Source of the DNA: Botryllus schlosseri
Taxonomy: Eukaryota
NCBI GenBank assembly: GCA_051294905.1
Contig: CM119378.1
Coordinates: 2,358,001-2,422,000 of the forward strand
Length of the DNA: 64,000 nucleotides
Direction: 5' to 3'
Shown here: positions 1 to 12,819 of the stretch, piece after piece
How positions within the stretch are numbered: position 1 is the stretch's first letter
How the letters are laid out: the number at the start of each line of letters is the position of its first letter
Program-made: the position numbers and the translations under genes
Notes under the pieces: model-generated
The model's input: the letters and a program-made list of their open reading frames with translations, nothing else
Told to the model about the DNA's origin: nothing
The model's database searches: none

Positions 1-29
1 AAGGGTACGGTATAGAATCATTTCCTCAC

Positions 30-255
30 CTTTCAACAAATCGGATGACGCGAAATGAAGCTCGCAAATCTTTAAATCGTCTCTTTTATACAATTGATCC
101 AGCCACTGATCTTGACGCATGCTTCTAATAAATTTCTCAAAGTTTTCAGCCCATTCATATTTGGCGCCAGTACAAAAACGTTTTGCTGGAACTTTGAACA
201 AATGCGCATTGGCAGAGGTTTTAGCACACCCTGGTATGCAACACTGCCTGCCCAT
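30..255 (-). CDS. THAP zinc-finger domain exon (gene continues off the left edge; host THAP protein or P-element-like transposase)
   Basis: Manual translation from ATG at 255: MGRQCCIPGC...HLFKVP...EW...IR...LKICELHFASSDLLK, the C2CH THAP signature with conserved P, W and F. The frame stays open to base 1, so it is absent from the ORF track. Probable donor G|GTGAGG at 29. Confidence 0.8.
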
Positions 256-908
256 GCTGACGTAACCAACTATTCATCTATCAATTAACTTCAAGAAAAA
301 TAGTTATAATTGTGAATAGTCAATAAAATTGCTTTCTGAGAGAGAGAGTCTTCATTTTCATCCAACCAAAATACATAGCAAACGGCAGTGATTGTAGCAA
401 ATTATCAATGAAGCAATATGTCTGGGCGAGTAGTTAAATGGGTCTCGTCGAATTTTCACGTTGGCCACCCACTAGCAATAAGATAACCCCCACAGCCACA
501 AGGATCTTAATCAGTTTCGCTTTCAAGATATCAGATGGCGTTAATTGCTGTCTTGATTTCCTAGGCTTTTTCCGCTCATACATGGATGCAAGCAACAACC
601 TAAGCAGCTAGTCAGTACCGGAATATTGCGCACTGACGGAAGTTTGATAAGACCTTAGTATGCTGTACTGTCTCACCATGCTCGTAAACCTTACTTACAA
701 TCAACCAACAAACGAAAAATCAACGAAATATATCTCCCAGCAAAGGTGATAGTAGCACTCCACAACGGAACATAGCTTAATGAAGTGTATGCAGTCAACC
801 TTATCCGCGCACAAGCTGATTTCGGCGGGAGTAGACCTTACAGCGTTAGGGAGCGTGGCAGTTTCCAATCATTGTATATATATCATTGGTCACATCTGAA
901 TGCTATGA

Positions 909-953
909 TGACGTAATGAAACAAGCAAGGTAAATAACCTTCGGGGGATTCCC
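909..953. promoter_or_regulatory. Candidate NF-kB site (GGGGATTCCC, 944-953) with neighbouring ATF/C-EBP-type site (TGACGTAA, 909-916)
   Basis: Exact match to the kB consensus GGGRNNYYCC, about 2.1 kb upstream of the caspase 1 ATG, which is preceded by an acceptor-like gattcag ending at 3006. Motif match only. Confidence 0.35.
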
Positions 954-1982
954 TTAGTCACGACCTAGTCTTTCTACGAGGGAAAGCTTCAAGCGCCTAT
1001 TCTTCTTTCGGCTCATTTAAGAGCATCGCCAGATCGCATGCCTCATAGGAATTAATGAAAACGACTGATTTCACAGTTATGTGTTACACCCGGCACACAA
1101 ATTGCAATATAAATCTGCCGGAAAGAAGCAGAGAAACTTGGAATTGAAGAAAAAATTAAAGTCTACATAGTAGATTCTTTGGTGTTTCATGCACACCAAA
1201 GATTCTACTAATTGTAGACAGGTGTGACACTGGGAACACCAAATACATTGCGCTCAAGTTCCGTTCATATCAAATCAGAATTCATTCCAGACATGCCACT
1301 CCTGGGTTTTCCACCCAGAGACCCAGATCTGGGATTTTCGAGCATCATCTGGGTTTCTGCATGTATGGAATCGGTGTCCTGTGCTCACGGTGTGAGCCTC
1401 ACACTGTTTTATTTTTCAATAATTTTTTGTTGAATTACTTAAACCTGGAAAATCATCGCTGCTCACCTGATATATCAGGCAAAACGGCTTGCGATTCCAG
1501 TCAGGGGTTTCTGGGTTTTTGTTCTTGAAATTCAACGTCATGTTCGCTACGTTAATTGTATGTTCAAAAAATCGATTATATTAGATTAGTAAGATCATAA
1601 TGTCGTAAAATGCTCGAGCTTCAGCTGTCGATTGACTGTTTGATTGCTGCATTGTCGATGGATTTCGTTGTATTTCAAGGACAGAGTCTTGAGTGTTTCA
1701 CTACTAAAATCAGAGGCCTTGACATGATGCTATGGAGCTTTGTTGAATAACAACTCCCAGCTTGCACAAAGTCATGTTCATAGGGAAACTCATCAGAACT
1801 GTTTCTTACAATTTAAAACGATTCAATGCTTGCGTCACTCCAACAAATTTGTCGTGCATCAATAAATAAAATAAGATCTTGGTTACTTCCACACTAAATT
1901 TAACGTCCGCTTGCAAAGTAATAATTTTATTTATACCACAAGCTTTCGGAGGCATACGCGCACCACTTATTTTCGTAGTAAT

Positions 1983-2241
1983 AGAGAGAGAGATCAGATT
2001 TATTTTCGCCGGCACCATCGAGATGCTTTTGACGATGGAGATGCGATACGACCTTTAAGCAAGGTCATCTAGTCTGCACCACCGTATTTTTCTCCTCCAC
2101 GCTACCCATGGATGCTGAGCGCCTAGCTGGATAGCCGCGGATACCAGTTTTAGAGTCTTTGGTCTGACCCGGACGGGGATTGAACCCACGACCTACCGAT
2201 CGAGAAGCTGGACGCATAACCATTACACTATCTCGCTCGGT
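1983..2241 (-). mobile_element. tRNA-derived SINE, full length (MetaSINE-like central domain, (TC)n tail)
   Basis: Reverse-complement match to the copy at 54813-55080: A box TAGTGTAATGG, B box GGTTCAATCC, then CGGGTCAGACCAAAGAC...GCTAGGCGCTCAGCA, and a TC-repeat tail. Confidence 0.8.
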
Positions 2242-3030
2242 AATATGTCAAAAGGAAAACGACATATTTTTGTGGGGCTTGCATTGTTAACCTAGCAATA
2301 TGTATAGCATGAACTGCTGTACTTTTAATATGAAGGGCTAAAACTTAGCTCTATGACTGTAATTAATGAATGTCGGCCACCGTTTGTTCAGCTATCTCAT
2401 AGGCATTTGAGTGAAATAAAAGGGTCTGGGTTTTTCCGAAATACCCCAGTGGCATCGCTGGTTCATTCTCGTGAGCATGAAACTAACAAATGTCTTTGCT
2501 GTGCTTGGATCGTTTTGTACAATACACAGTTTTCCTGTTTCATTTTCGGGAAAACGACAAATAAGCTTAGAATTGAAATTACAGCATATAGAAACATTTT
2601 ACAAATTAGATTGCCAACATTTTTCTGTAATTAGTCTAATTACACAACTAGAATTATCTAGCTAGCAAGTCAGGTGTAATGTAAGCATTTAGCCACCGAC
2701 ATTGGCGGACCAACTTGCCTATTTGCAACGCTACCTTATACAACACTAACCCTATCGGACACTTTTGCACACGACGTTTCAATCCACAAAATATACAATC
2801 ATATTACGTTATTTATTACGACCTACACTGTAATTCATTTTGTAATCATTTTTTTGAATGTGGTGTTGCCACAGCTGATTATGTGGTATGTTACGGTATA
2901 AATACGTTCTGGTACACAGAATTCAAGGAGTTCCGCTATGGATTTTCGGAATATTGCCATTTCTCAAATATACTAACACAGAAAATTACAGTATATTGTG
3001 ATTCAGATCTTCGTACTAAGCATAGCAAAC

Positions 3031-4635
3031 ATGTCTCACCTGCCGTCAAGGGACATTTACAAATTCAATGACAGTTTTGACAAAAAGACTATCTTCATCG
3101 AGTTTGCGCGTGGAATGTTGAAATTGAAAGAGTGCGAAATCAACACAGTACTGGATGACTACAGAGACAGCAGAGAACAAAAATATCAACTCATTATGCT
3201 GTGGAAAAATAAAAAAGGACGTGTAGCTACTATTGCACGCTTGCATGATCTTAAAAGAGAATTTGATGAGGATAATGATGCAGATAATCAGGAATCTGGA
3301 AGTGAATCATTACTTCAAGACTCGAGTACACCTTCTAATCTTTCGAGTAACCCAATGTGCGATACGTCCAGGCAAGAGGTGGTGGAAGTGAATATACACC
3401 TCAATGAAGCATCTGAAATGACTTATCGCGGCAGAAACCGTGTGGCTGCGCAAACCAGGACCGAAGACCACTATACCGAAGATTTGCCTAGACCAGGAAC
3501 GCCAACAGTGCCAATTCATTTACAGCGACACAATAACAATAGGCATATGCAACAACAACAACCACAAACTCTCCCACCTCAAAGAAGTTCCATTCCTGCT
3601 GATGACAGGGCATTCAATAGCGCTGCAAAAGCATTGAAATTTGGCAGTGCTGAAGTACAAGTGGAACCCACTTCGGGTGTTACGGATGATTTGAATGAAA
3701 AATTTCGCAATCAAACGTTAGATGACGTCACCGATTCCAGGTCGAGTGATTTTACGTTCTGTGACGAGATCAATACACTGGATGTAGAAAAATGCAGCGA
3801 AGATGATATTGCTAGAATATTAGCAAAGGATAATGTCTATGAAATAAAGAACAAGCCAAAAGGATATGTGCTTATCATCAACAACAACTTTGAAGGCGCG
3901 AAAGGCGAACGAACAGGTGCTAAAGTAGACGTCGCAAATATGCAGGAGCTATGGAGAGGACTGGACTGTAAAGTTACCGTAGAAGAGGATTGTACCGCTG
4001 AGGAAATTGATCAGTTATTGGACAAGGTAGCCAAATCAAAAACTATATGCAAGTATGATTTTTTTGTTTTGTTTGTCATGTCACATGGCGGGATTTTAAA
4101 TGGACAAGAGTATTTCAAAGGAAGTGATGGAAAAGGATTACAAGTCGACTATATATTGGGGAAATTCGACAATACCCGATCTCGGAATCTCATTGGGAAA
4201 CCGAAATTGTTCTTCTTTCAATTTTGTAGAGGAAAAAATGTAGATGAAGGCTTCTCAATTTCTGAGCATCAATCTATTGCAGCATTGAATTGTGGTCACG
4301 ATTTTGAGCCTGTTTATGGAGACCACGATCACACAATACATACTGCAAGATCAGATATGCTCATATCTTATCCTACTCAGTCGGGAGACAAGGCTTATCG
4401 AGGAGATGATGGAAGTTGGTTCATAAATGCCATAGCCAATGTATACGCAAGATATGCGAAAGAAGAACATGTCATAGAGCTGATGACGCGGGTACGAAAC
4501 GCAGTGATGGCCAAAACCGGTAGAACAAATCACAAGAATGCAAACATCCGATGTAAAGAGATGACCGAAAGCAGGGACATGCTCTCCAAGAGGCTGTATT
4601 TGATGCCTGGATACCCAGAGGATGACCTGCCGTAA
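3031..4635 (+). CDS. Caspase 1 of cluster: death domain + long linker + caspase (peptidase C14A) domain, intact dyad, intronless CDS, 534 aa
   Basis: N-terminal FARGMLKL.ECEI......RDSREQKYQLIMLW....G..AT...L is death-domain-like. Caspase motifs: KGYVLIINN, RTGAKVD, MSHGG (His codon 4084), GKPKLFFFQFCRG (Cys codon 4225), SDMLISY, AYR..DGSWFI, LSKRLYL.PG. ATG at 3031 (AAAC context) aligns with the paralogue start at 12820. Confidence 0.93.
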   Translation: MSHLPSRDIYKFNDSFDKKTIFIEFARGMLKLKECEINTVLDDYRDSREQKYQLIMLWKNKKGRVATIARLHDLKREFDEDNDADNQESGSESLLQDSSTPSNLSSNPMCDTSRQEVVEVNIHLNEASEMTYRGRNRVAAQTRTEDHYTEDLPRPGTPTVPIHLQRHNNNRHMQQQQPQTLPPQRSSIPADDRAFNSAAKALKFGSAEVQVEPTSGVTDDLNEKFRNQTLDDVTDSRSSDFTFCDEINTLDVEKCSEDDIARILAKDNVYEIKNKPKGYVLIINNNFEGAKGERTGAKVDVANMQELWRGLDCKVTVEEDCTAEEIDQLLDKVAKSKTICKYDFFVLFVMSHGGILNGQEYFKGSDGKGLQVDYILGKFDNTRSRNLIGKPKLFFFQFCRGKNVDEGFSISEHQSIAALNCGHDFEPVYGDHDHTIHTARSDMLISYPTQSGDKAYRGDDGSWFINAIANVYARYAKEEHVIELMTRVRNAVMAKTGRTNHKNANIRCKEMTESRDMLSKRLYLMPGYPEDDLP

Positions 4636-6079
4636 ATTCGCCTACTCGTGCTTTTAATTTTATTATTTCTTTTATAACTATTGTATAGCTTGACGCATAA
4701 ATTCGAGAATGTTCCATATTCAATAAGTCGGAAAGATGATGACTCCGCCATGTAGAAATATTATATATAAATGCATTATACGGAATGCAGAGGTTGTTGA
4801 AGTAGTCATTGTTGGTGCTGAAGTGGAAGTTGCGATATTCAAATGAGTAAAAATTAAATATTCTAGGCCTAGTTTAACCTCAAAAATGAAGTAGGCTAAA
4901 ATAATGACGCATTAAGCGGTTCAAATCGGCAAAACTGATTTGAGTACTGGTACATTCTTAATGACCACCTCAGACAAAATGTAATGTTTCAAGTGTTATC
5001 AGCAAAATCCAGCCATTGACTTTGCAACATGATTTGAGTTGAGCTGCAGTTAAAAATATCACCCCAACCATGTTGTTTAGATCAAAGACTATCACAAGAG
5101 ATTTCTGTCTTTGTTTCATTGTTTTGTGATCTTGTGACGTTTTGAACTGAGTTTATTCTGAATAGCATCAATTTTTCTCCCCGCAATGAATTTTGCATGG
5201 AATGCAATAGTTTGTGGGATTAATGAGAAATATAATGTGTATTTGCCAACTATTATTTAATAATGGATTGATCCGAGATTGGGGCGCATCTTATATTGTC
5301 AATGTAAATAATTTTGACTTTTTTATACTTTTTATTATCAATGAAATGAGATTTCGATTTTCACTATATTTCACTACAATTTCAAAAAAAAGATCTTAAT
5401 GTGAATTTGCAGCGTGATGCAACTAATTGAGGTTCAAGTCAGGCACCGAGCGAAATCGGTCACCTACACATGCTGATCAGGATTGGGGCCGTCCAGGGTT
5501 GTAACCAAAGTCATAAGTCTGAATTTTATAGTTTTGACTTGAGTCATATTTAATTTACCACCGAGTCAAGTCAGAGAGGAGAAGATAGAGTCTTGAGTCA
5601 TAGTGCTGAGACTTGTCTCCATGGATATCTAGATATCCCTGCTTGTCTCCAAGTCATCGGTCAATTTCGAGAGAGTTGTTTATTGACTTGTCCATCCGAT
5701 AAGAAAATAACATTGCGGTGAAAATAATAGCGGAGGTTCGGAGGAACTTACGTTGTACAACAGGATGTGATTGAAATGACTCTCGGTAGGATCAACTGAT
5801 CACACCCTGCATTCAACAAATACAGGTATCATTTATGAATTTTATTGCAATTGCTTCGGGTTAATATATTCAGCCCAGCATGATATAGACAATGAAAATT
5901 TGGGATGGGATAGGGAGTCGAGTTGAGTCATGTTCAACCCACTTTTTACAACTCTGCTCTCGTCATCATCCTCATTTTACTAAAATTTTCATCAAAACAC
6001 CACAAAATTGAGAATTAATGAAACTATAAATAAATAATGACTTGTAGTCTTTGAAATAGATACCCACCTTGGCCTAGAG

Positions 6080-6701
6080 CAGTGGTTCTCAACTGCCGGT
6101 TCGCCAAATAGGCTATTTGAATTTTTTTTATGCCAATTCCAAAATGCAAGTTGGATGTTTTTCCAATATTTAGATAAACAACACATCAATTTTTAAATTG
6201 ATTTAAAAGTTTGGAACGTATTTTACTGCATCATGTTGTAATAGAGCGTTCATGGTTGGCTCTGAGCGTAGGTCACAGTGGTGAAAGTGTTGGACGAAAT
6301 TACATGAAAGTAGCGTACCAATCGGCAATTTATATGTGAACAGCTGAACACACATTGTTTAATTCCGACTGCAATTAAGCGACAATTGGCAGTATAGTGG
6401 AGGCCATGGCAAACAGCGAAGTAGCTTTTTTTCAAAGGATACCCAACAATCAAAATCAAGATAGTCATCTTTAAGACCCTATTTGGCGAGCTACGTTTTG
6501 CAGAAACTTCAATCAAACCACAGATAATGATCCAATATATAAAAGGCAGCATTAAATGTAGTTTCTAACATTACAATGACTTGTTTATGTTGGTTGTAAT
6601 TAAATTCAGGGTTAATTTCGATTTTTTGAAGGTTTACTGGTCTGCACAATTTATTTTGAAGTTTTGCCGGTTCGCGAGGTCGAAAAGGTTGAGAACCACT
6701 G
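6080..6701. mobile_element. Non-autonomous hAT (Charlie-type) element
   Basis: TIRs CAGTGGTTCTCAAC / GTTGAGAACCACTG; 8-bp TSD gcctagag/gtctagag. Confidence 0.85.
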
Positions 6702-8998
6702 GTCTAGAGCATGTAAATAATAGGCATGCACTCTGGTTTTAAAAAGGATAAGGCTGGTGATGTCGAATGCCTCACATTCGTGATATAGAATTTTTACATG
6801 CTTTTTAACAGTTTCAGCCTTTCCGGCCCCATTTTTCAATCCCAATACTAATAGATAATATACCAATAATGAGGTAACTTTACTATTATTTTAAGTTGTG
6901 ATTTCTTGCGCTCCGCTCGGATTACCGTCATATCGGTTTGATATATGCATCATTATAATTCACAGCAATATACTCCTGAAGCCATGTTATGCAATGTCAC
7001 GTTTCTGATTAAATAATGGATACCGCTGGTGTTGGGTAATGAAGGTATTTAGTTTGACCTACGCATGAAGGAGGAATTGGTCATTTCATCTGCCATCGCA
7101 ACATCCTTAATGATTGAAACAATGTAAAACTGTGTTTTAAGATATATTTGAATGAGACAATACCTTTGTTTTATGTAATTTTTTCGATGGCATCTCTATA
7201 TTACTCATGTTGTGATTCACAAAGAATTCAGTATATGCCTTGTTCTGTCTTGGATGATTGTGCAACCTACATCGCTGACAAAATCAAAATAGTATCTGAG
7301 ATATTGGGTAACTGAGGAAGTATAAAAAATGTATCAAATATGGTATGGAAGAATGTTGACATCGCAGGATTGTAACCAAGGCACACGGTTCTGGCTCAAA
7401 AGTCAATTTGACTTATATAGTTTTGACTCCAGTCCAGTCGAGTCATTTTCAATTCACCACCGAGTCCAAGTCGGGGAGCAACGGACCGACTGCCGAGTCC
7501 TAGTGTTAAGACTCGAGTCAAGTCATAGTGTATACTGCTCAGTTCAACTCATTTCTGTGTAACTCTTGGGTGATATCTAAGACCTCTGGTTCATAATATA
7601 CATAGTTTTCTCACTCTAAACATGTTTATTCAATTCAAACAGATAAAATCAGTTTCTATGCCTATTTTTCAATTATCAGTCCCGAGTCATACAGAATGTA
7701 CCAATTTATATGAATTGGTCGAATCATGTTGACTCGCGTACGAGTCAATACACAAGTTAACCCGCATCGGGTAATTTTTAATTTTTTAGAAAATGAAAAG
7801 AGTCGCGTCGAGTCAACAAAAAATTGTGACTCAATTCGAGTCAGTACAACCCTGTGCTATGGAATGGAAAAAAGAAAGTATGGTATGGAACGATTGGGAC
7901 AGGTATGGAATGTGGAAATTTCTCGTTCCACACCCTACCATGCTATGCTCTGAGTACATTGGGTTGGGTTAGTTTCTATTAGAAGTAGGGGTTAGACTAG
8001 CTTGTGTGAGCGTTACGGATAAGGTAAGATTATATCAGATGTGGGTTCATGTTAGCTTGAGTTACCGTTGGGGTAGCTTGTATAAGATTGATCACGGTAT
8101 GCGCTTTGTGATACCACAAAAATCACGTGTACGGGCATACACATTGTAATTGACCCCTATCCGCATTTGAATGACTGAATTCGCCTCCGGCCTGATTTAC
8201 TGAAAATCATTAATTTATAAACATTGGCATTGGCAGGTCCGTATTAGACTTGCTCTCGGTTGTTTTATCTAATAAATGCATCATACTCGAGGACCAGTAG
8301 TAGTAATACCTACAATTTCAACTGAAGTAGTACAAGTAATGATTTCCAAGATATGAGAAAAATACTTGCAGTATAAAATGAAATGTTTGAAATCACCTCA
8401 AATGGTGACTGGATGATTGCAGACATTACCACTATGATCATATCGCTGTACCAATGCCAACTTTCTTTTTGAAATTGCACATTTCATTTTCAAATTTGAC
8501 GGTTAGTTAGTTCAAAAAGTAGTTTGGAATTAAAAGTTTACTTTCATTTGGAAAGCTGTGGTGATTCAAAATTGCAAGATGTGTCTCCGCAACTAACCCC
8601 CAGGTCTGCCCAGTCCGGGTGGTATGACGAGTTCACTCTCTACTATTTTCAAGAAATTCAAGTAGGCTACTTTAGCTTCAAAAATTGTTGAAACATATAT
8701 AATTAAGTGGGGGAAGGATAAAAAGAAAGTGACAAAGTGGTTCAAGTGGACAAAATCTACTTGAGTATATATACTTTGTGGATCCGCACAAGAAGAAGTA
8801 TAAATAAATTCGCAGATAGTCTTTGATGGGTCTACTCACAAGTTGCAATCACAATTCTGAAAACTAGGCAGCCTAAATGAGAGTGTGTGTGCTTGCAATA
8901 TTTGCTTCGCTACTTGTGCAAACGAGGCAAGATAAGGAGATCAGCCAATCATGTGATAAATTAGAAAACAAATATAGGTGTGACTCTACAGTCTACAC

Positions 8999-9652
8999 TA
9001 TCATCATCATCATCATTGGTTTATTAGCAATTTTATCAGTTCAATACACCACAAAAAATGCGATACAATGAAAAAAAAGGAAGATGTCGAAGCGACTAGG
9101 AGTTGTCTATGGAATCGGACACCCGCCTTGGCCTAGGCGATGTAAAGAGGAGGCATGCACACTGAATGAAAGTAAAGAAGATAGTATAGAAAAAGGAAGC
9201 GACAAGAAATAGGGCGTCATGTCATGGGAAGCGAGATCGATAGGTCAGTCGTGGTCCGGTAATCTTGAGGATGGACTGTATTTATTTAGTAGTAATTGCT
9301 TGTATTTCGACTTGAATGTGGACATGATCTTCGACTGCCGGATGGCCGGCGGGATACTGTTCCACACATCAGGTCCGGCATATTTGATAGAGCGATGATC
9401 TTTTCGGTCGATCATATGATATTTGGACGACGTGGACGCGCGTGTGTTGTACTTGTGCGCTTTTGAATCAGAGGTAAAGAAGTCATTGAAGTATTCGGGG
9501 CAACGACCGCAGTGAAACTGATACATAAACTTGGCGATTTCTAGTTTCCGCATATCTTCTATGATTAGGACGCCAAAACTCTTCAGCAGCGACTTATTGG
9601 AGGGGCAGCCAGGCCCCTTTGGGGCCCTAGCTATGATTCGGAGTACTTTATG
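8999..9652 (-). mobile_element. 5'-truncated LINE (L2/CR1 group), ORF2 C-terminus + 3' UTR + (GAT)n tail
   Basis: Encodes LEIAKFMYQFH...YFNDFF....HKYNTRAS...SIKYAGPDVWNSIP..IR....FKSKYKQLL, the typical post-RT region. Absent from the paralogous site near 27350; matches 32890-33535. Confidence 0.85.
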
Positions 9653-10026
9653 CTACATCTTTTTGTTACCACATTTGCCGAGCAATCCTTTCTTGTAACT
9701 GAGGACGATCTGTCAATATTAATTTCATGGTAAATGTATGAAATGTCAATAGTGGGTGCATGTAAATTTGACACTATAATAAAACACACTATTACTTCCT
9801 CATGGTTTCCATTGGGGTATTAAAGCACAGCAAGTGTATCGCTGGTGCTCAACATTATACTACCATAATGCTTAATGGTAATTGGTGTGTTATTATTGAA
9901 GCGAGATTATTATAGTTTTGTCATGGTTCAAAGGTTCTTATTAAAAAGATTACAGACTATAACACCACCTCCACCCAAGCAGATGAGAGTAATGGTGATC
10001 AGAATTATGACGTGCTTTACTACCAT
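9653..10026 (-). pseudogene. Disrupted paralogue of the 147-aa ORF at 27291-27734
   Basis: Starts MVVKHVIILITITLICLGGGGVIVCNL, then premature stops (e.g. GTG CTT TAA where the paralogue has CAA), and is interrupted by the LINE insertion. Confidence 0.45.
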
Positions 10027-10851
10027 GTGAGGTGGAGAAAGGGGCAATGACTTTACATAGTCATTTCAACACCATTAATTTCGTATAAGAGGACTAAAAT
10101 AAAATTCAGAACAACATAAAATTCACAGTTTACAACTTCAAGGAGTCAGATATGTTGCAACGTCAGTTGTTGTGCATTTGACGTCTCTCACCGAATTACA
10201 GAAATGTGAAGTGATTTGGCTTCTTAGTGGCAGTCCATGATCCCAAATTTTCATTTCCTTGGAAATTTAGCAATCTTGAAATCAACATCACCAACCCTGA
10301 ACAAAACAAAAATATAATTGACTGAATGCTTGACCACAAAAGATTTTGCTTTCATAGAGTTGTTTATATACAGCAAGTTCAGCTCACTTGTCAAATGCGG
10401 CGCACTCGAGTCATCTGATATGTTGCAAAAATGACAACACACAATTTTCTTCGTTTGGTCTACTCAGTTAGTGGTTCTCAACTATTTTCAACATGACCCA
10501 AATTTGAACAAATACTCTTATTGGAGAAATCTTGCGACACAAACAATATTGTTGAATCAATAAGAATTGTATCAAGAAATTCTTCGAAGACAAAATTATA
10601 AAGTTTGCCTTAAAGAATTTTCTCAAATAAAAAACAGACTAACTAAAATAATCATAAGGGTCGTGACAAAGGGATTGGAAACCGCTATCCTATGTGGTGG
10701 TCCTACACCATAAAGTGGTTGATTTGTTCGAAATATGACTTCAGTTCTATTGCCATTACATAAGGTTGCCATCATATTTACTTTCATATTGAGAAGTTCA
10801 GATAGTAGGCCTGCTGGTTTACTGCATGAGCACATTTGACGACAAACATCA

Positions 10852-11332
10852 ATGACGGAGAAACCTGAAATCAAACCCCCTCCTGAAGTGCTGGTGCTGA
10901 ATCTGGTCCCTTCAGATGCCCGGACGAAAGAAGATATTTCAGCCATCTCAATTTTTTGGAAAAAAAACATGGGATGTCGTATTATACTGTCTCAATCTTC
11001 AACTGGAGGCGAGTTTTTGACCAAGCAAATGGAGGAGTATGTTGGGCGTAAAAGATCGATGTATATTATCTTCATACTGTCTGCAACACATCAAGATGAA
11101 TTTGAAAATACATTTCAGATGGTCAATGGCGTTGAATACCAGATATCAGACCTCCACGACATTATTGCAGCAAATTTACCAAAAATTCCCACGACATACC
11201 AAAGTTACTGATCTATCAGTTTTACGAGATGAAAAGCGAACAAAAAATGCTTCCGGGTTCTTCGATCTTCAAAACAGGAAACAGGAAATAAAAAGTCAAG
11301 GAAACTTTTGAACACTCTAGAATGCTACACGA
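10852..11332 (+). pseudogene. Broken copy of gene B exon 1 (degenerate pseudo-caspase domain)
   Basis: Near-identical to 27999 onward, but with a 1-nt deletion in the A-run near 11181, an 11-nt loss near 11275, and loss of the exon 3' end and donor after ...ECYT. Confidence 0.8.
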
Positions 11333-12819
11333 TGTTGGATGTTGTGTATTTTTTGTCGTTTTTGTCCTTTTGGCATATACACCGACTCATGATATACGTA
11401 CACACTACACAGTCACACGGTCTGTGCATATGCTTACCATGAGTGCAGGATGTGCATATGAGGCTGGACAAGAAAGGTGTATATATAGCCTTGTAAGGCT
11501 TTCCAAGTCTTGCACCACTCCTCCATGCTATCCCAGTAATGTATCGCCGCATCTCGATGGTGCAGGCGAAAAAGAATATCAACTCTCTCTCTCTCCTTTG
11601 TCATTAGAAAAGTTTTAGAGTGAATTTTAAGTTCTCAGATCGAAAAAATTATGAGGTTGTTATATATTGTGGAATGCTGCGAAATACACCAGATTGGCCA
11701 GTAACTTGCATGATTGACTTTTCCGTTATTCTCCGCTGTTTCGGAATATATTTCGCTACGCCCGAACTCCGCTTTCAGTATATTACAGGGGTCACCAACA
11801 GGCGTTTCGCGAGGTCATATTTTGCGGCCCGCGGCTTGATTTGAGATTTCGAAAAAATTCTAAGATAAGCATTTCAAAATGCTGAAATTGATTAAATGCT
11901 TCAAGATATTGTTATTGCTGTTTCGAAATAAACTATTCTTCGGACCCCAGGGTTGTAATGACTCACGATTTTCTGATGACTCGAGTCATTTTCTCAAAAT
12001 ACGGAAATGACTCGACTCGAGTCAATCTGGGTTTTGACTGGACTTGGACTCAAGATTTTGCCACATCGGCGGCCCAACTTACCTCCTACATGCACCGCAA
12101 AATCCTGCCAATATGCAACATATCACCAACCCTATCGGACACTTTTGCCCACAACGATTCAATCCACAAAATATACAAAATACACAAAAAACTTTTTCTT
12201 CAGATTTCACTGGCTATTTGATAAAATTGTTAGGTTGGTTAAAACAGCGCTGCATACAAACTTTGGCTCAGTTCCAACCAGTATATGCGAGATTCTTTCA
12301 GTAGAAACTTTTGAATTTCTTATTGAAAAATGAAAATTTCAATTTTTTTTCGTCAACCCACATTAAAAACTGTCAGTAGAGATGATGCACACCTAATGTG
12401 GCTCAATTCCAACCACTAGAAGCGAAGTTATTGTAGTAGAAAAATTAGTATTTGAATAAAATAGTATTTACGGTGTTAACTCTTCAATTATTTATTATAA
12501 AATCATGGAATTAGAATTTTTCTACGGCAATAACAATTTTATCACATAGCCAGTCAAATCTGAAAAGTGTTTTTTTAACAGCCCTATTATACAATCATAT
12601 TTCGCTATTTTTTACGACCGTCACTGTAATTTATTTTGTAAATATTTTTTTTCAATGTGGTATTGCCACAGCTGATTATGATAATATTATGGTATGAAAA
12701 CATTCTGGTACACAGAATTCAAGGAATTCTGCTACGGATTTTCGGAATATTTCCATTTCTGAAGTACTATCATCAAAAATTATATTGCGGTTCAGATCTT
12801 AGTATTAAGCGTACCAAAC

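Larger units (their letters stand above)
4845..11545 (+). repeat. Segmental duplication copy 1 (paralogous to about 21045-30055)
   Basis: Collinear matching blocks, e.g. 6900-8830 vs 25350-27225 and 10740-11330 vs 27885-28490, including the same MITE at the same site (6080 vs 24028). Boundaries approximate. Confidence 0.9.
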
